Shown: positions 53,601 through 61,725 of the stretch, in pieces
How positions within the stretch are numbered: the first letter of the stretch is position 1
Layout: each line of letters begins with the position of its first letter
Origin: Antedon mediterranea
Lineage: Eukaryota; Animalia; Echinodermata
DNA: 64,000 nucleotides
Direction of reading: 5' to 3'
NCBI RefSeq assembly: GCF_964355755.1
Contig: NC_092679.1
Location: 10,647,432-10,711,431 of the forward strand
Made by a program: the position numbers and the translations under genes
Notes under the pieces: generated by a model
The model's input: only the letters and a program-made list of their open reading frames with translations
What the model was told of the DNA's origin: nothing
The model's database searches: none

Positions 53601-56600
53601 CTCAGCCACTGTCACTAACTCATCATATATACACACTGGGCCCTCTCGGAAAACAGTCTTGCAGAGAGTTTTCTAGATCTAGAAAACTCAGATCATCAAA
53701 TGGATCTTTTTGTTTGTTTATTTGTTTCATTTATTTGTTTTCCACACATTGAACAAAAAGAACACAATGTGTTAAAGGAGATCAAAATAAGTAAAAATTA
53801 CTTTAAGCATTGACCACCTGAACAACTGCCAACATGACAGGAAAACAAATATAATAACAACTAGAATTTAATTCGTCACTTTGACGAATTATAGGTGATC
53901 ATTTTTATCATTTTAATAAAATTAACATTTTTTAAACATGCATGTACGTTAAAATACGATCGTTAAAAGTTGATGTACGCCATCCTATGACATGATGCAT
54001 ATACCACTTATAGTGCTGAGTTCTACCTATTATGTGTCATACAATAATAGATGTCATTTTTGCAGCGAAACCGGACATATTAGCAGTAATTGCCGTCATG
54101 GTCAACCAGTGTTTTGTTATATCTGTGAACAACTTGGACACAAAATGAAATACTGTAAAGCAAAACATGTCAAAGATCAATGAAAAGTAGGCGAAGAATT
54201 TGAAGCCGGAACAGCTGTACAAAGTGCAAATACTAATATAACCAATTTTAATACTTCTGTTCCATTAACTAAGGATTATGCAAATGTTAAACCTGATAAA
54301 AATATTGTTACTAGTATATATAATTATAACAATAGCTCTTCTAAATGTAAGCAAACTCTTAATTTAATGTGTACTACTTGCCAAATTTGTTCATTATCTT
54401 ATGATTTTTCTTGTTTTCCTATCCTTCAATCAGACTTAATAATTGGTGGTGCGACAATTGTTTTATACAAAACGCTTTAATGGAACTACCTTTTTGTAAT
54501 TACTTTAACAATTTTAATTATGAAATAAGTAGTAAAAAGGGCTTTAAAATTGCCCACTTAAATATACAATCACTTAGAAACAAATTAGACAATGTCAAAA
54601 CACTTCTCCATAAATATAACTATGATATATTTTGTATAACCGAAACGTGGCTAAGCACCAATATTGATAACAATGAGATTTTAGTAGACGGATACAAAAT
54701 TTGTAGGCTTGATAGACCAAATACTCAAGTTCTATGTTATATTAGAATTGGTATTGCCTTTAAAGAAATCCAAGAGCTGAGATCTGAAAATGTTGAAGCT
54801 CTTTGGATTGAAATAAATTTACCATATTCTAAACCTTTACTTATAGGTAATATTTATAGACCACCTAATGCTAAAGTTGAATATTTAAATGAACTTGACA
54901 ACATGTTCCAACAAAGTACATCATTATATAATGATGTTGTGATCTTGGGAGACTTTAACTTAGATATAAATAATAATACTAACGCAAGAAAAATTAATAA
55001 AATAGCTAAAAATAGTAATCTTAACCAACTAATTAATGAATTTACAAGAATAACTAACACTAGTAAAACAATTATAGATTTGATTTTTGTCACTAATTGT
55101 AATATTTCAACAGCAGGAGTATCAAGCCATGGAATAAGTGATCACTCCTTAATATATCTAATTCGAAAAACTAAAAAAACACATATTCCTCCAAAGTTTA
55201 TAACCTCTCGTTCTTTTAAAAAATTTGACCAAAACAAATTTATAGAAGATTTAAAATGTATTGACTGGGATCAAATCAAGCTTTACTCTAATGTTAACAC
55301 TGTCTGGTTGCTATGGAAACACTTATTTGGTGAGTTATGTAATCGGCATGCCCCTTTAAAGACAAAGAGAGTGAAAGGATCACTTCCTGAATGGATAACC
55401 ACTGATTATATAAGATTAACAAAAGACAGAGACTACTATTATAAGAAAGCTCACAAAACTAATGAACCTGAAGATTGGGACAAAGCTAAAAATCTGAGAA
55501 ATCAAGTTAATAATTTAAATAGGAATTTAAAAAGAAAATATTGTACAAATACTATTAACAAAAATGCTAAAAATCCCAAGAAATTATGGAATACAATAAA
55601 TAAATTAATACCTAAAACTAAACCCAGTATAAATAATGTATATAAAGATAATAATAAAAACTATACATCCAATGATAAGGACATAGCCAATGTTTTCAAT
55701 GCTCATTTTACTTCAATTGGAAGTTCTTTAGCAAATCAATTTACTAACCCCAATAATACTAACTCCAATAATTATACTAGTAACACTTCAGAAAATTGTT
55801 TTGCGGGTAACAAATTTGAATTTGATCTTCTTACCCCTGATTACATTTTTAACCAGTTATGTAAATTGTCAACTAATAAAGCTATGGGTGTTGATAACTT
55901 TGATTGCAAACTTCTTAAACTAGCTGCTCCGATAATTTGTGACTCACTCTCAGTCTCATATATTTGTAATCTTTCTATGTTCAGTTCTAGATTTCCAGAT
56001 GAATGGAAACTAGCTAAGGTAACACCTGTATATAAAGATGGGGATATGTCAGACCCTTATAATTACCGCCCAATTTCTGTTTTACCCATACTTTCAAAAC
56101 TCTTAGAACGTGCTGTGCATGATCAATTATACTTGTATAAGAACTAAAAACCTTATTAAAATCCCTCCCAATCGGGCTTTAGAAAAGGTCACTCTATAGA
56201 AACTACTCTTTTAGATGTTACTGATTATATTTTAGATAACTTTGATAAAGGTATTTCATCTGCTGCTTTATTTCTTGACTTGAAGAAAGCATTTGATACA
56301 GTTAACCATGAAATATTACTTACCAAATTAAGGAATTATGGCTTAAATGATATTGCACTTCACTGGTTTAAATCATACTTAAGTGGACGATCTCAAGTTG
56401 TTTGTATAAATTCAACAAAATCTGACACCATGAATGTTAATATTGGTGTCCCACAAGGATCAATACTTGGACCTTTACTATTTATTTTATACGTAAATTC
56501 ACTTCCTGAATTTTTATCATGTAAATGTGTGATGTATGCAGATGATACAACACTCTTATGTAGTTCATCTGACCCTTTAATACTTCAGAATCAACTCAAT

Positions 56601-59600
56601 ATCAATCTAAACAAAATTATAGAATGGTTTGACCATAATCAACTCACACTAAATCTTAATAAGACCAAGCTTATGGTTTTCAGCACAAATCAGAAAACGG
56701 CAACATTTAAGAATATAACTTTACTTCATAATAACGAAACTATTGAAAGAGTTGATTCTTTTAAGTATTTAGGTGTCATTTTTGATCCTCAACTAAATTG
56801 GAAGGAACATATAGACAAAATGTCTTGTAAATTAGCTAAACGTATCGGTGTGATTCGTCGTATTAAGATGTATCTTCCTATGTATACTTTAAAAATGTTA
56901 GCAAATGCTTTAATTATTCCATTATTTGATTATTGTTGCTGTGTTTGGTCCAATTGTAACATAAGTTTTTCAGATTCTCTTCAGGTTTTAATCAACCGAT
57001 TAGGTAGAATATTGTTATCAGTAGACATGTATACCCCTATTAATGATATCTTAAATACTCTTGGATGGAGTAGACTTACAGAAAAATGGAATGAAAATAT
57101 TCTTATAATGCTATTTAAATGTTTAAAAGAAATAGCTCCAAGATACTTAACAATATTATTTCAATTTACTGTAGATAACCATAATAAATGCACTCGCTCC
57201 CAAAGTAATAATGATTTATCTATTCCGTTATGGAATAACTCTCAGGGTAAAAGAACTTTTGTTTATAGATCAACTAAATTATGGAATTCTCTACCAAATA
57301 ACATAAAATCAGAACTCCATAATATGTCTTTGGCAACTTTTAAATCTTCACTATAGAAATCATATATGTATTAACCTTTTTGCCTTCACAATTGTAAATA
57401 GTTTTATATCTGTTTTCTTTCTTTTTGTTTTTCTTTTATATTTTATTTTTGTTGTAAATATGTTTACTGAACCACTTTGGAAATCAGTACATTTGTATTG
57501 AAAGTGTATTTCAGTTTAAAGAAAGAACAAATAAATAAATAAATAAATATGTACAGTATATACTGTATATCTATATACAGTGTAGCATAGGTGAAATTAC
57601 GGGACTCATATCGTGTTCTAATTTTTTGGTATGATGGAATTTTCAAAATAAACTCGAAGATGACAATTTCGAAAGATAATTAATTGAGCAAATAAATATA
57701 AGGATTGGAAGAAAATTTTACACGTAGAAGCGCAATGCGCGGTCTTTGAAATTTGTATAACTTTGACTAAAGAAATTTAAAAACTACTTTTTAACTTCAA
57801 CTGGCCATATGATAACATCACAACATCCGATAGGCTTAATTTTAATATGAATTCATATCTACATTTCATCAGCTTTCATAATAAGTTATAATCTTCAAGG
57901 TCACCTTTAATTCTGAAGAGCTATAAGATATTCAAATGTATGGTGTAGCTGAAATTACACGACCTAGGTTATTCAAGTTTTTACGCGTGATGACGTCATC
58001 AAAATAAAAATGTTGACAACTCATTAGAAGAATAATTAATTGAGCAAGCACATACTAAAAGTTGTGCGAAAATCGGGCTCAAATAACGGAGATGCGCTCT
58101 ATTGAATATGATAACCCACACAAAAAGATAAAAAATTCCTAATTTTTAAATTCAAGTGGCCATTTGATGACGTCATACCATTTTGTACGTCTAATGTGTA
58201 TATACATTTGTATCTACAACTTATTGGCTTCCATAATAAGTTAAAAAAATTGGGGGTCACCTGCCATTCTGAAGAGTTATATTCATTTTAAAAAGTCCTT
58301 ATTTTTTACCATTTTTAGCACTTTTGTACAATTAGTGTGCGCATTTTGTCATTTTTAATGTGCTCGTATAGCGTTATTTTAAGTCGGAATGGACTCAAAA
58401 TTGGTGAATGTACTATTACTAAGGATTGTGAGTAGAATGTGATTTATACATCTAATTTATTTTTTACGCATTTTAAGAATCGTGCGCACAAAATTTTTTG
58501 AAACGTGCAAATGGCCTAATTCATGCTCTAAATTGATCAAAACCAAATTTTGCGCGTTTTAAATTTTTAACGCGCGATTTCACGTGCATGACCTTGAAAC
58601 GCGCAACTTTTTATTTGCTAATATTTTTACCCTTGACCTGAAGTTTACCTGTAGTGAATTTCATTAATATGTCATAATGAATTATGGAGATATGATTGAT
58701 AATGTGATTTCACAAAATGGCGTATAAATGACGTCACGGATGAGTGATCACGCTGGAAAGCTGATTAGGATTTAGTTATATTATTTGAAAGATATTCTGA
58801 AATTTTGGTAATCATTGACATTAAACTTTTTGAGATAATTGTTACACAAAATAGTGTACAGAAACAATAAAAAGAAAAAAAAAAATAATAATAATAAAGA
58901 TTTCATACAATAACAATAGGTGATCATTTTATTCTAAATGATCACCTAATAACTCTAAAATAAATGAATAACATTAAATGTTATCAAATAATTATGCCTT
59001 AAAAGTTAAAACTAACTAATACAAGGTTATTTACTGTAAAATCAACAAAACCGATTTCAAAAAAGATAAATTAGGAAATATAGTTGTTAATTAGTGATTG
59101 CTTATAGGTGATTTTGAAACTGGCTACGGATTTCTTAGATTTTAGCTGAATTGGTAGTTTGTTCCCATAATTTGGGGCCAAGATATAGTATGGAGTTACT
59201 GGTAATTTAATACAGTGAGGACTGACATTTTGGGTGAAAATTAGATGATGAAAAACGCGTTGGATAACTGTGATAAGTGGATGGTTTGGTACAGAGGGAA
59301 GTGATATAGGTTGGAAGAGAGTTTTGTGATAATCGAAACATAAAGATAGCAGTTTGTAATTTATTTAGGACCTGCGGGTTATAAAATAAGGGCTTAGAAT
59401 GAGAGTTAGCAATGGCACGCATGTGCGGCATAATTAATATTGTATAACACAATAGACCAGGAGCTATTCAGCAAACGTCTTACTTTAGCAAATTCATGCG
59501 ACTGAAATCGTTCGATTATTAATTAGAGGGTAGGTTATTTTAAATACTACAATATTACTGTATACGTTTTCTTACTAATATTGTAACTTGTAGTAAGATC

Positions 59601-59955
59601 TAGGACTTAAATCATACAGAAAATATGGACGTATGTAGGACAAAATCTGGCATCTCAGCAGTAATGTACAAACATTAACAATGTTTTTATTTCCAGATAA
59701 CAGACAATTTAAGTAAGATTTACACAATTCATACGTCGTATTATAAGACTGTAACTGTTTTTAAAAATAAGCATAGCTGCAAAAAAAACCCTACCTAGTA
59801 GGTTCTCTGATGATCTGTTCTACACTGCGAAGAAGTGGCTCTAACCTAATAGCTTTCTTGATCTTTTGTATTTGAATGGGTTTAGCTAAGACAATAACAC
59901 TTGTTGGAAGTTCTGCTAAGCCTGGTAGATCTGGAATTACTTTTGCATCACTCAT
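5520..59955 (-). CDS. INO80: INO80 chromatin-remodelling ATPase, multi-exon gene (22 coding exons in window, 3' end outside window)
   Basis: Spliced exons give one continuous frame (~1144 codons) with recognisable INO80 motifs: LAKP..AIRLE N-terminus, [20 protein letters not shown] ([22 protein letters not shown]), [71 protein letters not shown]. All junctions are GT-AG with consistent phases. Confidence 0.97.
5880..6180 (-). pseudogene. Degraded LINE reverse-transcriptase fragment
   Basis: [27 protein letters not shown] remnants. Confidence 0.6.
8516..8702. mobile_element. Palindromic Crypton-like non-autonomous element (other copies ~19515-19630, 30706-30880, partial ~40320-40370)
   Basis: Arms ACAAATAATGAATGTTT..GGAATGGTACAAATAAT / ATTATTTGTACCATTCC..AAACATTAATTATTTGT, no clear TSD. 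The 30706 copy has a central CTCAGCTTCGCCTCGTTGAA. Confidence 0.55.
8770..8956 (-). CDS. INO80: INO80 coding exon 21 ([10 protein letters not shown]...GWSHIQIP)
   Basis: C.DRSA.Y and GWS.I.IP motifs; AG/GT. Confidence 0.93.
9624..9767 (-). CDS. INO80: INO80 coding exon 20 (insert region ...[15 protein letters not shown])
   Basis: Open 144-nt phase-0 exon; its end resembles the TELPSFL region of homologues. Confidence 0.72.
10606..10864 (-). CDS. INO80: INO80 coding exon 19 (insert region)
   Basis: Open 259-nt exon after a pyrimidine tract and AG; phase fits; weak conservation (DLIF.S). Confidence 0.8.
13010..14160. repeat. ~150-bp tandem array inside the Academ element (about 6 clear units plus degenerate ones)
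   Basis: CCATAATGGATCGACTACTGTA recurs at 13651, 13801 and 13951 (exact 150 period), with variants near 13380, 13540 and 14110 and decayed units near 13030 and 13240. Confidence 0.92.
14550..16761 (-). pseudogene. Academ protein C-terminal half (transposase C-terminal region plus XPG-like nuclease), with frameshifts and stops
   Basis: [67 protein letters not shown]...HLLRANY..W, YGW motifs across ORF pieces 15649-16761, 15428-15640, 15002-15289, 14808-15032 and 14638-14856. Confidence 0.85.
18137..18388 (-). CDS. INO80: INO80 coding exon 18 (insert region, [11 protein letters not shown])
   Basis: Matches DYI..SLF and CFSF.RF of the INO80 insert; AG/GTAAGT. Confidence 0.92.
19345..19511 (+). 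mobile_element. 3' end of non-autonomous Helitron family H2
   Basis: GAGGGGGAGCGAGCAAAGCGAGCTCACCCT-CTAG|T terminus; reverse complement of ~36214-36370. Confidence 0.7.
20071..20198 (-). CDS. INO80: INO80 coding exon 17 ([12 protein letters not shown]...); alternative donor would end it at 20059
   Basis: VCNHPELFE motif; two same-phase donors (GTCAGT, GTAACA). Confidence 0.9.
20348..20521 (-). CDS. INO80: INO80 coding exon 16 (IEILVYC...[10 protein letters not shown])
   Basis: Conserved block; AG/GT. Confidence 0.96.
22480..23005 (+). pseudogene. MULE/Mutator transposase remnant
   Basis: Translates to [31 protein letters not shown] and later MWNV..RTNN.LEGWHN, with stops and frameshifts. 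Confidence 0.8.
23105..24620 (+). mobile_element. Penelope-like retroelement remnant (decayed RT plus GIY-YIG endonuclease)
   Basis: [24 protein letters not shown] and VFRKKTYTG remnants. ORF 23998-24519 has [45 protein letters not shown] hammerhead-like motif follows at ~24572-24615. Confidence 0.88.
24952..25037 (-). CDS. INO80: INO80 coding exon 15 ([27 protein letters not shown])
   Basis: Conserved block; AG/GT. Confidence 0.96.
25664..25781 (-). CDS. INO80: INO80 coding exon 14 ([32 protein letters not shown])
   Basis: INO80-specific conserved block; AG/GT. Confidence 0.96.
26411..27218 (+). mobile_element. PIF/Harbinger-derived element carrying a Myb/SANT (trihelix) fragment
   Basis: ORF 26659-26901 reads [13 protein letters not shown]...[13 protein letters not shown]. 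Right end GTCTGAACATACCC|TTA; degenerate left arm TATGTTGACTC..GTGGCGTTAA. Confidence 0.6.
27220..27487 (-). mobile_element. 5' part of Helitron family H2
   Basis: Same-orientation homology to ~36865-37130 and ~32305-32569. Confidence 0.7.
27485..28137 (-). mobile_element. HINE-like family A copy (5' portion)
   Basis: Reverse complement of ~1352-2280, including the TAGGTTATGCATT hairpin and TTTA repeats. Confidence 0.8.
28198..29617. mobile_element. Non-autonomous TAG...CTA element with ~150-200-bp TIRs (Academ-like)
   Basis: TAGTGGGGTTCCTTAG / CTAAGGAGCCCCACTA ends; arms align out to GATGCAGAAGTACTAC / GTAGTACTTCTGCATC; TSD not preserved. Confidence 0.65.
29690..29774 (-). CDS. INO80: INO80 coding exon 13 ([18 protein letters not shown])
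   Basis: SNF2 motif III; AG/GT. Confidence 0.96.
30233..30435 (-). CDS. INO80: INO80 coding exon 12 (LPYWGN...[12 protein letters not shown])
   Basis: Walker B DEAQ; AG/GT. Confidence 0.96.
30515..30610 (-). CDS. INO80: INO80 coding exon 11 ([20 protein letters not shown])
   Basis: SNF2 motif Ia; AG/GT. Confidence 0.96.
31081..31385 (-). mobile_element. Partial copy of the 33801-34918 Tc1/pogo-like element
   Basis: Reverse complement of ~33801-34060, with AAAAACAATACCT subterminal repeats. Confidence 0.7.
31769..32569 (-). mobile_element. Non-autonomous Helitron family H2, full copy
   Basis: A|TCTATATATAAATTATGG start, GAGCGAG..GCGAGCTCACCC hairpin with a TTAG|T end; colinear with 36214-37130. 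Confidence 0.75.
32623..32825 (-). CDS. INO80: INO80 coding exon 10 (Q motif / Walker [13 protein letters not shown])
   Basis: SNF2 motif I; AG/GTAAGT. Confidence 0.97.
33311..33412 (-). CDS. INO80: INO80 coding exon 9 ([16 protein letters not shown]...FD)
   Basis: Post-HSA linker motif AL.NA.NA...FD; AG/GTAAGT. Confidence 0.9.
33801..34918. mobile_element. Tc1/mariner (pogo/Tigger-like) non-autonomous element
   Basis: TIR CAGTACAGCTA / TAGCTGTACTG with TA TSD. It interrupts a repeat whose other copy is at ~11415-11740. Confidence 0.75.
35380..35790. repeat. G-rich ~20-bp tandem repeat (GGGGTAGTTGTCCTAG core), probably a MITE arm
   Basis: Roughly 20 imperfect copies ending GGTAGTTGTCCTAGAACC. 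Confidence 0.85.
35916..37491 (+). mobile_element. piggyBac-type non-autonomous element containing a nested Helitron
   Basis: 14-bp TIR CACTTTCACTGCCA / TGGCAGTGAAAGTG flanked by TTAA at both ends; short acidic N-terminal remnant [15 protein letters not shown]. Confidence 0.85.
36214..37130 (-). mobile_element. Non-autonomous Helitron family H2, full copy
   Basis: A|TC start at 37130, hairpin plus CTAG at 36214-36240; homology with the other copies stops at these ends. Confidence 0.78.
37806..38001 (-). CDS. INO80: INO80 coding exon 8 ([25 protein letters not shown])
   Basis: DBINO C-terminal signature; AG/GT. Confidence 0.96.
38473..38730 (-). CDS. INO80: INO80 coding exon 7 (DBINO domain)
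   Basis: [38 protein letters not shown]; AG/GT. Confidence 0.95.
39400..40035. repeat. Imperfect ~410-bp tandem duplication in AT-rich sequence
   Basis: CAAAAACAACTATGTAAGAAAAAA..TAAGCTT..GTTAATGAAAATGTGTTA at ~39403 and ~39807; AAAAGTGG.ATGAA.CCACATAAGA at ~39577 and ~39995. Confidence 0.75.
40572..40765 (-). CDS. INO80: INO80 coding exon 6 (...[15 protein letters not shown])
   Basis: Start of HSA/DBINO region; AG/GT, phase consistent. Confidence 0.9.
41085..41190 (-). CDS. INO80: INO80 coding exon 5 ([13 protein letters not shown]...LGPKKKK)
   Basis: Conserved [11 protein letters not shown] and LGPKKKK motifs, AG/GT. Confidence 0.92.
42380..42720 (+). mobile_element. Degraded HINE family B core fragment
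   Basis: GAAGTTGTGCACCTCCTAT...GTTGTGCAAC is the reverse complement of ~3950-4012. Confidence 0.55.
43103..43234 (-). CDS. INO80: INO80 coding exon 4 ([14 protein letters not shown]...HKYK)
   Basis: 132-nt exon, ILL.D.S and HKYK motifs, AG/GT. Confidence 0.9.
43774..43841 (-). CDS. INO80: INO80 coding exon 3 ([18 protein letters not shown])
   Basis: Conserved [14 protein letters not shown] motif, AG/GT boundaries. Confidence 0.93.
45570..46060 (+). pseudogene. L1/Tx1-type RT remnant
   Basis: [34 protein letters not shown] and IKYLGIYV remnants. Confidence 0.75.
46680..46831 (-). CDS. INO80: INO80 coding exon 2 ([11 protein letters not shown]...NINKQ)
   Basis: Open 152-nt exon with AG/GT; phase fits both neighbouring exons; acidic patch as in homologues. 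Confidence 0.8.
48267..49909. mobile_element. hAT-like non-autonomous element
   Basis: 14-bp TIR CAGGCCTCGAATTT / AAATTCGAGGCCTG, flanking duplication CTAGTTT(C), GAGGGCACCAAGGCC subterminal repeats. Confidence 0.8.
49910..51745. repeat. Long imperfect palindrome / foldback element (centre ~51326) interrupted by two insertions
   Basis: 49910-50100 joined to 51102-51300 is the imperfect reverse complement of 51350-51742. Confidence 0.75.
50101..51092. mobile_element. AcademH-like non-autonomous element
   Basis: Exact 9-bp TSD GTTTCTATG (50092-50100, 51093-51101); TAG...CTA termini with a short imperfect TIR (TAGACTTGCCCCAAGTC vs TAGTCTGGGCTCCAGAC). Confidence 0.72.
52745..52935 (-). pseudogene. 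RTE-clade LINE endonuclease fragment
   Basis: GEFNTQIG...W...[21 protein letters not shown]. Confidence 0.7.
52990..53458 (+). mobile_element. L2/CR1-group LINE 3' end
   Basis: [33 protein letters not shown]; 3' stem-loop GAGGGCCCC..GGGTTACCCTC and an AATAAA tail. Confidence 0.75.
53460..53665 (+). mobile_element. SINE central/3' domain (5'-truncated; resembles Nin/Deu-type cores)
   Basis: GTCTTCTCGGATAAGGACTATAAAC..TAGGTCC..GCACTTAAAAGAACC..TTTCGA..AGTAGGGG..CCCCGGTG pattern, recognised from memory; the tRNA head is absent. Confidence 0.55.
54042..57548 (+). mobile_element. CR1/L2-group (Crack/Daphne-like) non-LTR retrotransposon, 5'-truncated in ORF1
   Basis: Two CCHC knuckles (54052-54153), PHD-like cysteines, APE endonuclease (HLNIQS, ITETWL, YRPP, GDFN, IDLIF, SDH), RT ([28 protein letters not shown]), (AAAT)n tail. 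Confidence 0.92.
54411..57356 (+). pseudogene. LINE ORF2 (endonuclease-RT), near-intact, disrupted near 54435 and 56135-56168
   Basis: ORF track pieces 54411-56147 and 56280-57356 are in the same frame, with QSGFRKGHS resuming at 56169. Confidence 0.88.
58960..59440 (-). mobile_element. LINE 3' fragment whose tail appears to resume at ~53700-53860
   Basis: HSKPLF...AIFMF...LP...HSYPTR remnant. The reverse complement of 53700-53860 resembles the LINE-like tail at ~11130-11360. Confidence 0.6.
59795..59955 (-). CDS. INO80: INO80 coding exon 1 (MSDAKV...[31 protein letters not shown])
   Basis: Resembles the vertebrate INO80 N-terminal LAKPLYLQYLERALRL motif. Acceptor AG at 59969-59970, donor GT at 59794, phase 2. 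Confidence 0.85.
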
Positions 59956-60825
59956 TGTTGGTCCATTACTGTGTACATAAATGAGGAAGAAAAAACTTAA
60001 TAAATGTTTTTTATCAATCAAGTAGCTGTGAAAGTGATAATCTATGTAAGATGAATGTAAGACTAAGAGTACATGTTATTTTAAAATTCTATTTTGAACT
60101 AAAATTAGTAACTGACCTGACTTGACAGTTTCAGTACTCATTTCATGAGCCCTTTCTTCAGAGTAACTCTACAGTATTGTTAGGCGAACACCAGCTAACG
60201 GTGAGCTTTTTGCTTAACAATATAGTCGTCACTCTGAAGAAAGTGCTCATGAAATTTTCGCGCCAAGGCTCTAGCCAGCTATGTCCCAGAACGACATATT
60301 CATTAATAAGCTGTTTCTAACTAAGGCTGACAGTTTTGCGAATTTGTAAACTCGACTATAATTTATAGGTCTCAGCTGCCAAAAAACGTCTGGGAAAGGA
60401 AAGTCTATGAGGGCTCACGGTTGAATGAGTTTGGATTCTCGCCCTTTGATTGGTTGACGTGAATCAACAGACTGGATAAATTTTCTCACTTGTATTGTAC
60501 ACCACCGTGAAGTCACGTTGTCTCTAGAGGGTATTCAGTTGCATGCCTACAGTACAGGTTGAGGTCACACACAAACAGGCTACAGCACATTGAAGTACAC
60601 AAACCAGTAGTGGTGTTAGTAGTCTATGAGTGCTAGCTTACCTGTATAAACTGACAATAGCCGTGCTCTCCAGAGGGAAAGCTTTAGATACAAAAGTGAA
60701 AAGTTCCTAGAACACCCCTGTATTATCATGGACCAGTCCGCAACCACGCCCTCAATGTACAGTACCAACGTACCGCTGTAATCATTTTCCGCTTACTTGA
60801 CTGCGGGGACGGCGGGAGGGACAAC

Positions 60826-61725
60826 TCACAAGTGGCCCGAATCCCAACGAGGAACTAAGACCTTAGACGGAGGTTGCTCTCTGAACATACCGCGTAACAA
60901 ATGCGTGATTACTGTGGAAGTGGAAACCGTCGAGCCATACTTGAATGGCCGCAAAAAAGCGCAGATCTGACCCAAGGATATTGCCTTAGGGTCTATGTTT
61001 TCTTGTCCAGCGAAAGAAGTGTCGTAGACGGCTGTTGTAGACGGTGAGAGTCGACTCTCGTCTAGATTTGGCCGCCAGGGCGGCTGAGCTGTCCGGTATG
61101 CCCGAGTCTCTGAGCTGATCCCTGACAATGACCAAACAGTCAGGTTCAGGGATTGTAGGTTGATCGTCGAGAACCTCGCACGATTTTGCATCAGTAGATC
61201 CCCGCGGACCGGAAGACGCAGAGGGTGATCGTAAAGAAGACTGGCAAGAAGCGCATACCACGCTTGACGAGGCCAGAACGGTTCGATCAACAGAACTCGG
61301 CATCGGAAGCGCTGAATGTGAGTCAGAACTATTGGTATGATCGATATTGGTGGGAACGCGTATGCCCATGACATGGACAGGGCATCCACCGTCCACGTAT
61401 GTGCATCCTGGTATCGACTGCAGAACGTCGGGAGCTGCGTGTTCTCTGACGTCGCAAACAGGTCTATGTGCAGCCGCCCGAAGTGGTCGATTATTTGGGT
61501 GGCTATGCTCGACAACAGACTGCATTCGGTCAAGCGTAAAGCGAGTCGGGACAGCGTGTCCGCGACTAAATTTAGGCTGCCTAAAATATGCGATGCAGTC
61601 AGCATTATGCTGTGCGCGATGCACCAGTGCATGAGCGTCCATGTGTGATAGCAGAGAGTCGGAGACTTCGTGCCTCCTTGTCGGTTGATAAGGAGGCACG
61701 CGACCACAATTGTGTTGTCCGAGCA
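60826..61725 (-). mobile_element. DIRS-like tyrosine-recombinase retrotransposon fragment (RNase H + methyltransferase-like domain, overlapping YR start)
   Basis: INRQGGTKS...HILGSLNLVADTLSR (RNase H), IDLFAT..N..LP.FCS..DAL..W.YAFPP...PFWPRQAW (DIRS MT-like), and SRRESTLTVYNSR..F..W in the overlapping frame (YR N-terminus). Confidence 0.88.

Larger units (their letters stand above)
53861..58952 (-). mobile_element. HINE-like element, family C, split by a LINE insertion
   Basis: 13-bp subTIR TAGGTGATCATTT (53892-53904) / AAATGATCACCTA (58936-58948), hairpin AATTCGTCA-CTT-TGACGAATT plus CTAG; core 57550-58860 is homologous to family B. Confidence 0.8.

Noticed and set aside
60366-60480. INO80 core promoter (CCAAT and CRE-like motifs)
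   Set aside because: Such motifs are common inside transposons and the segment begins with a TE-like end; there is no transcript evidence.
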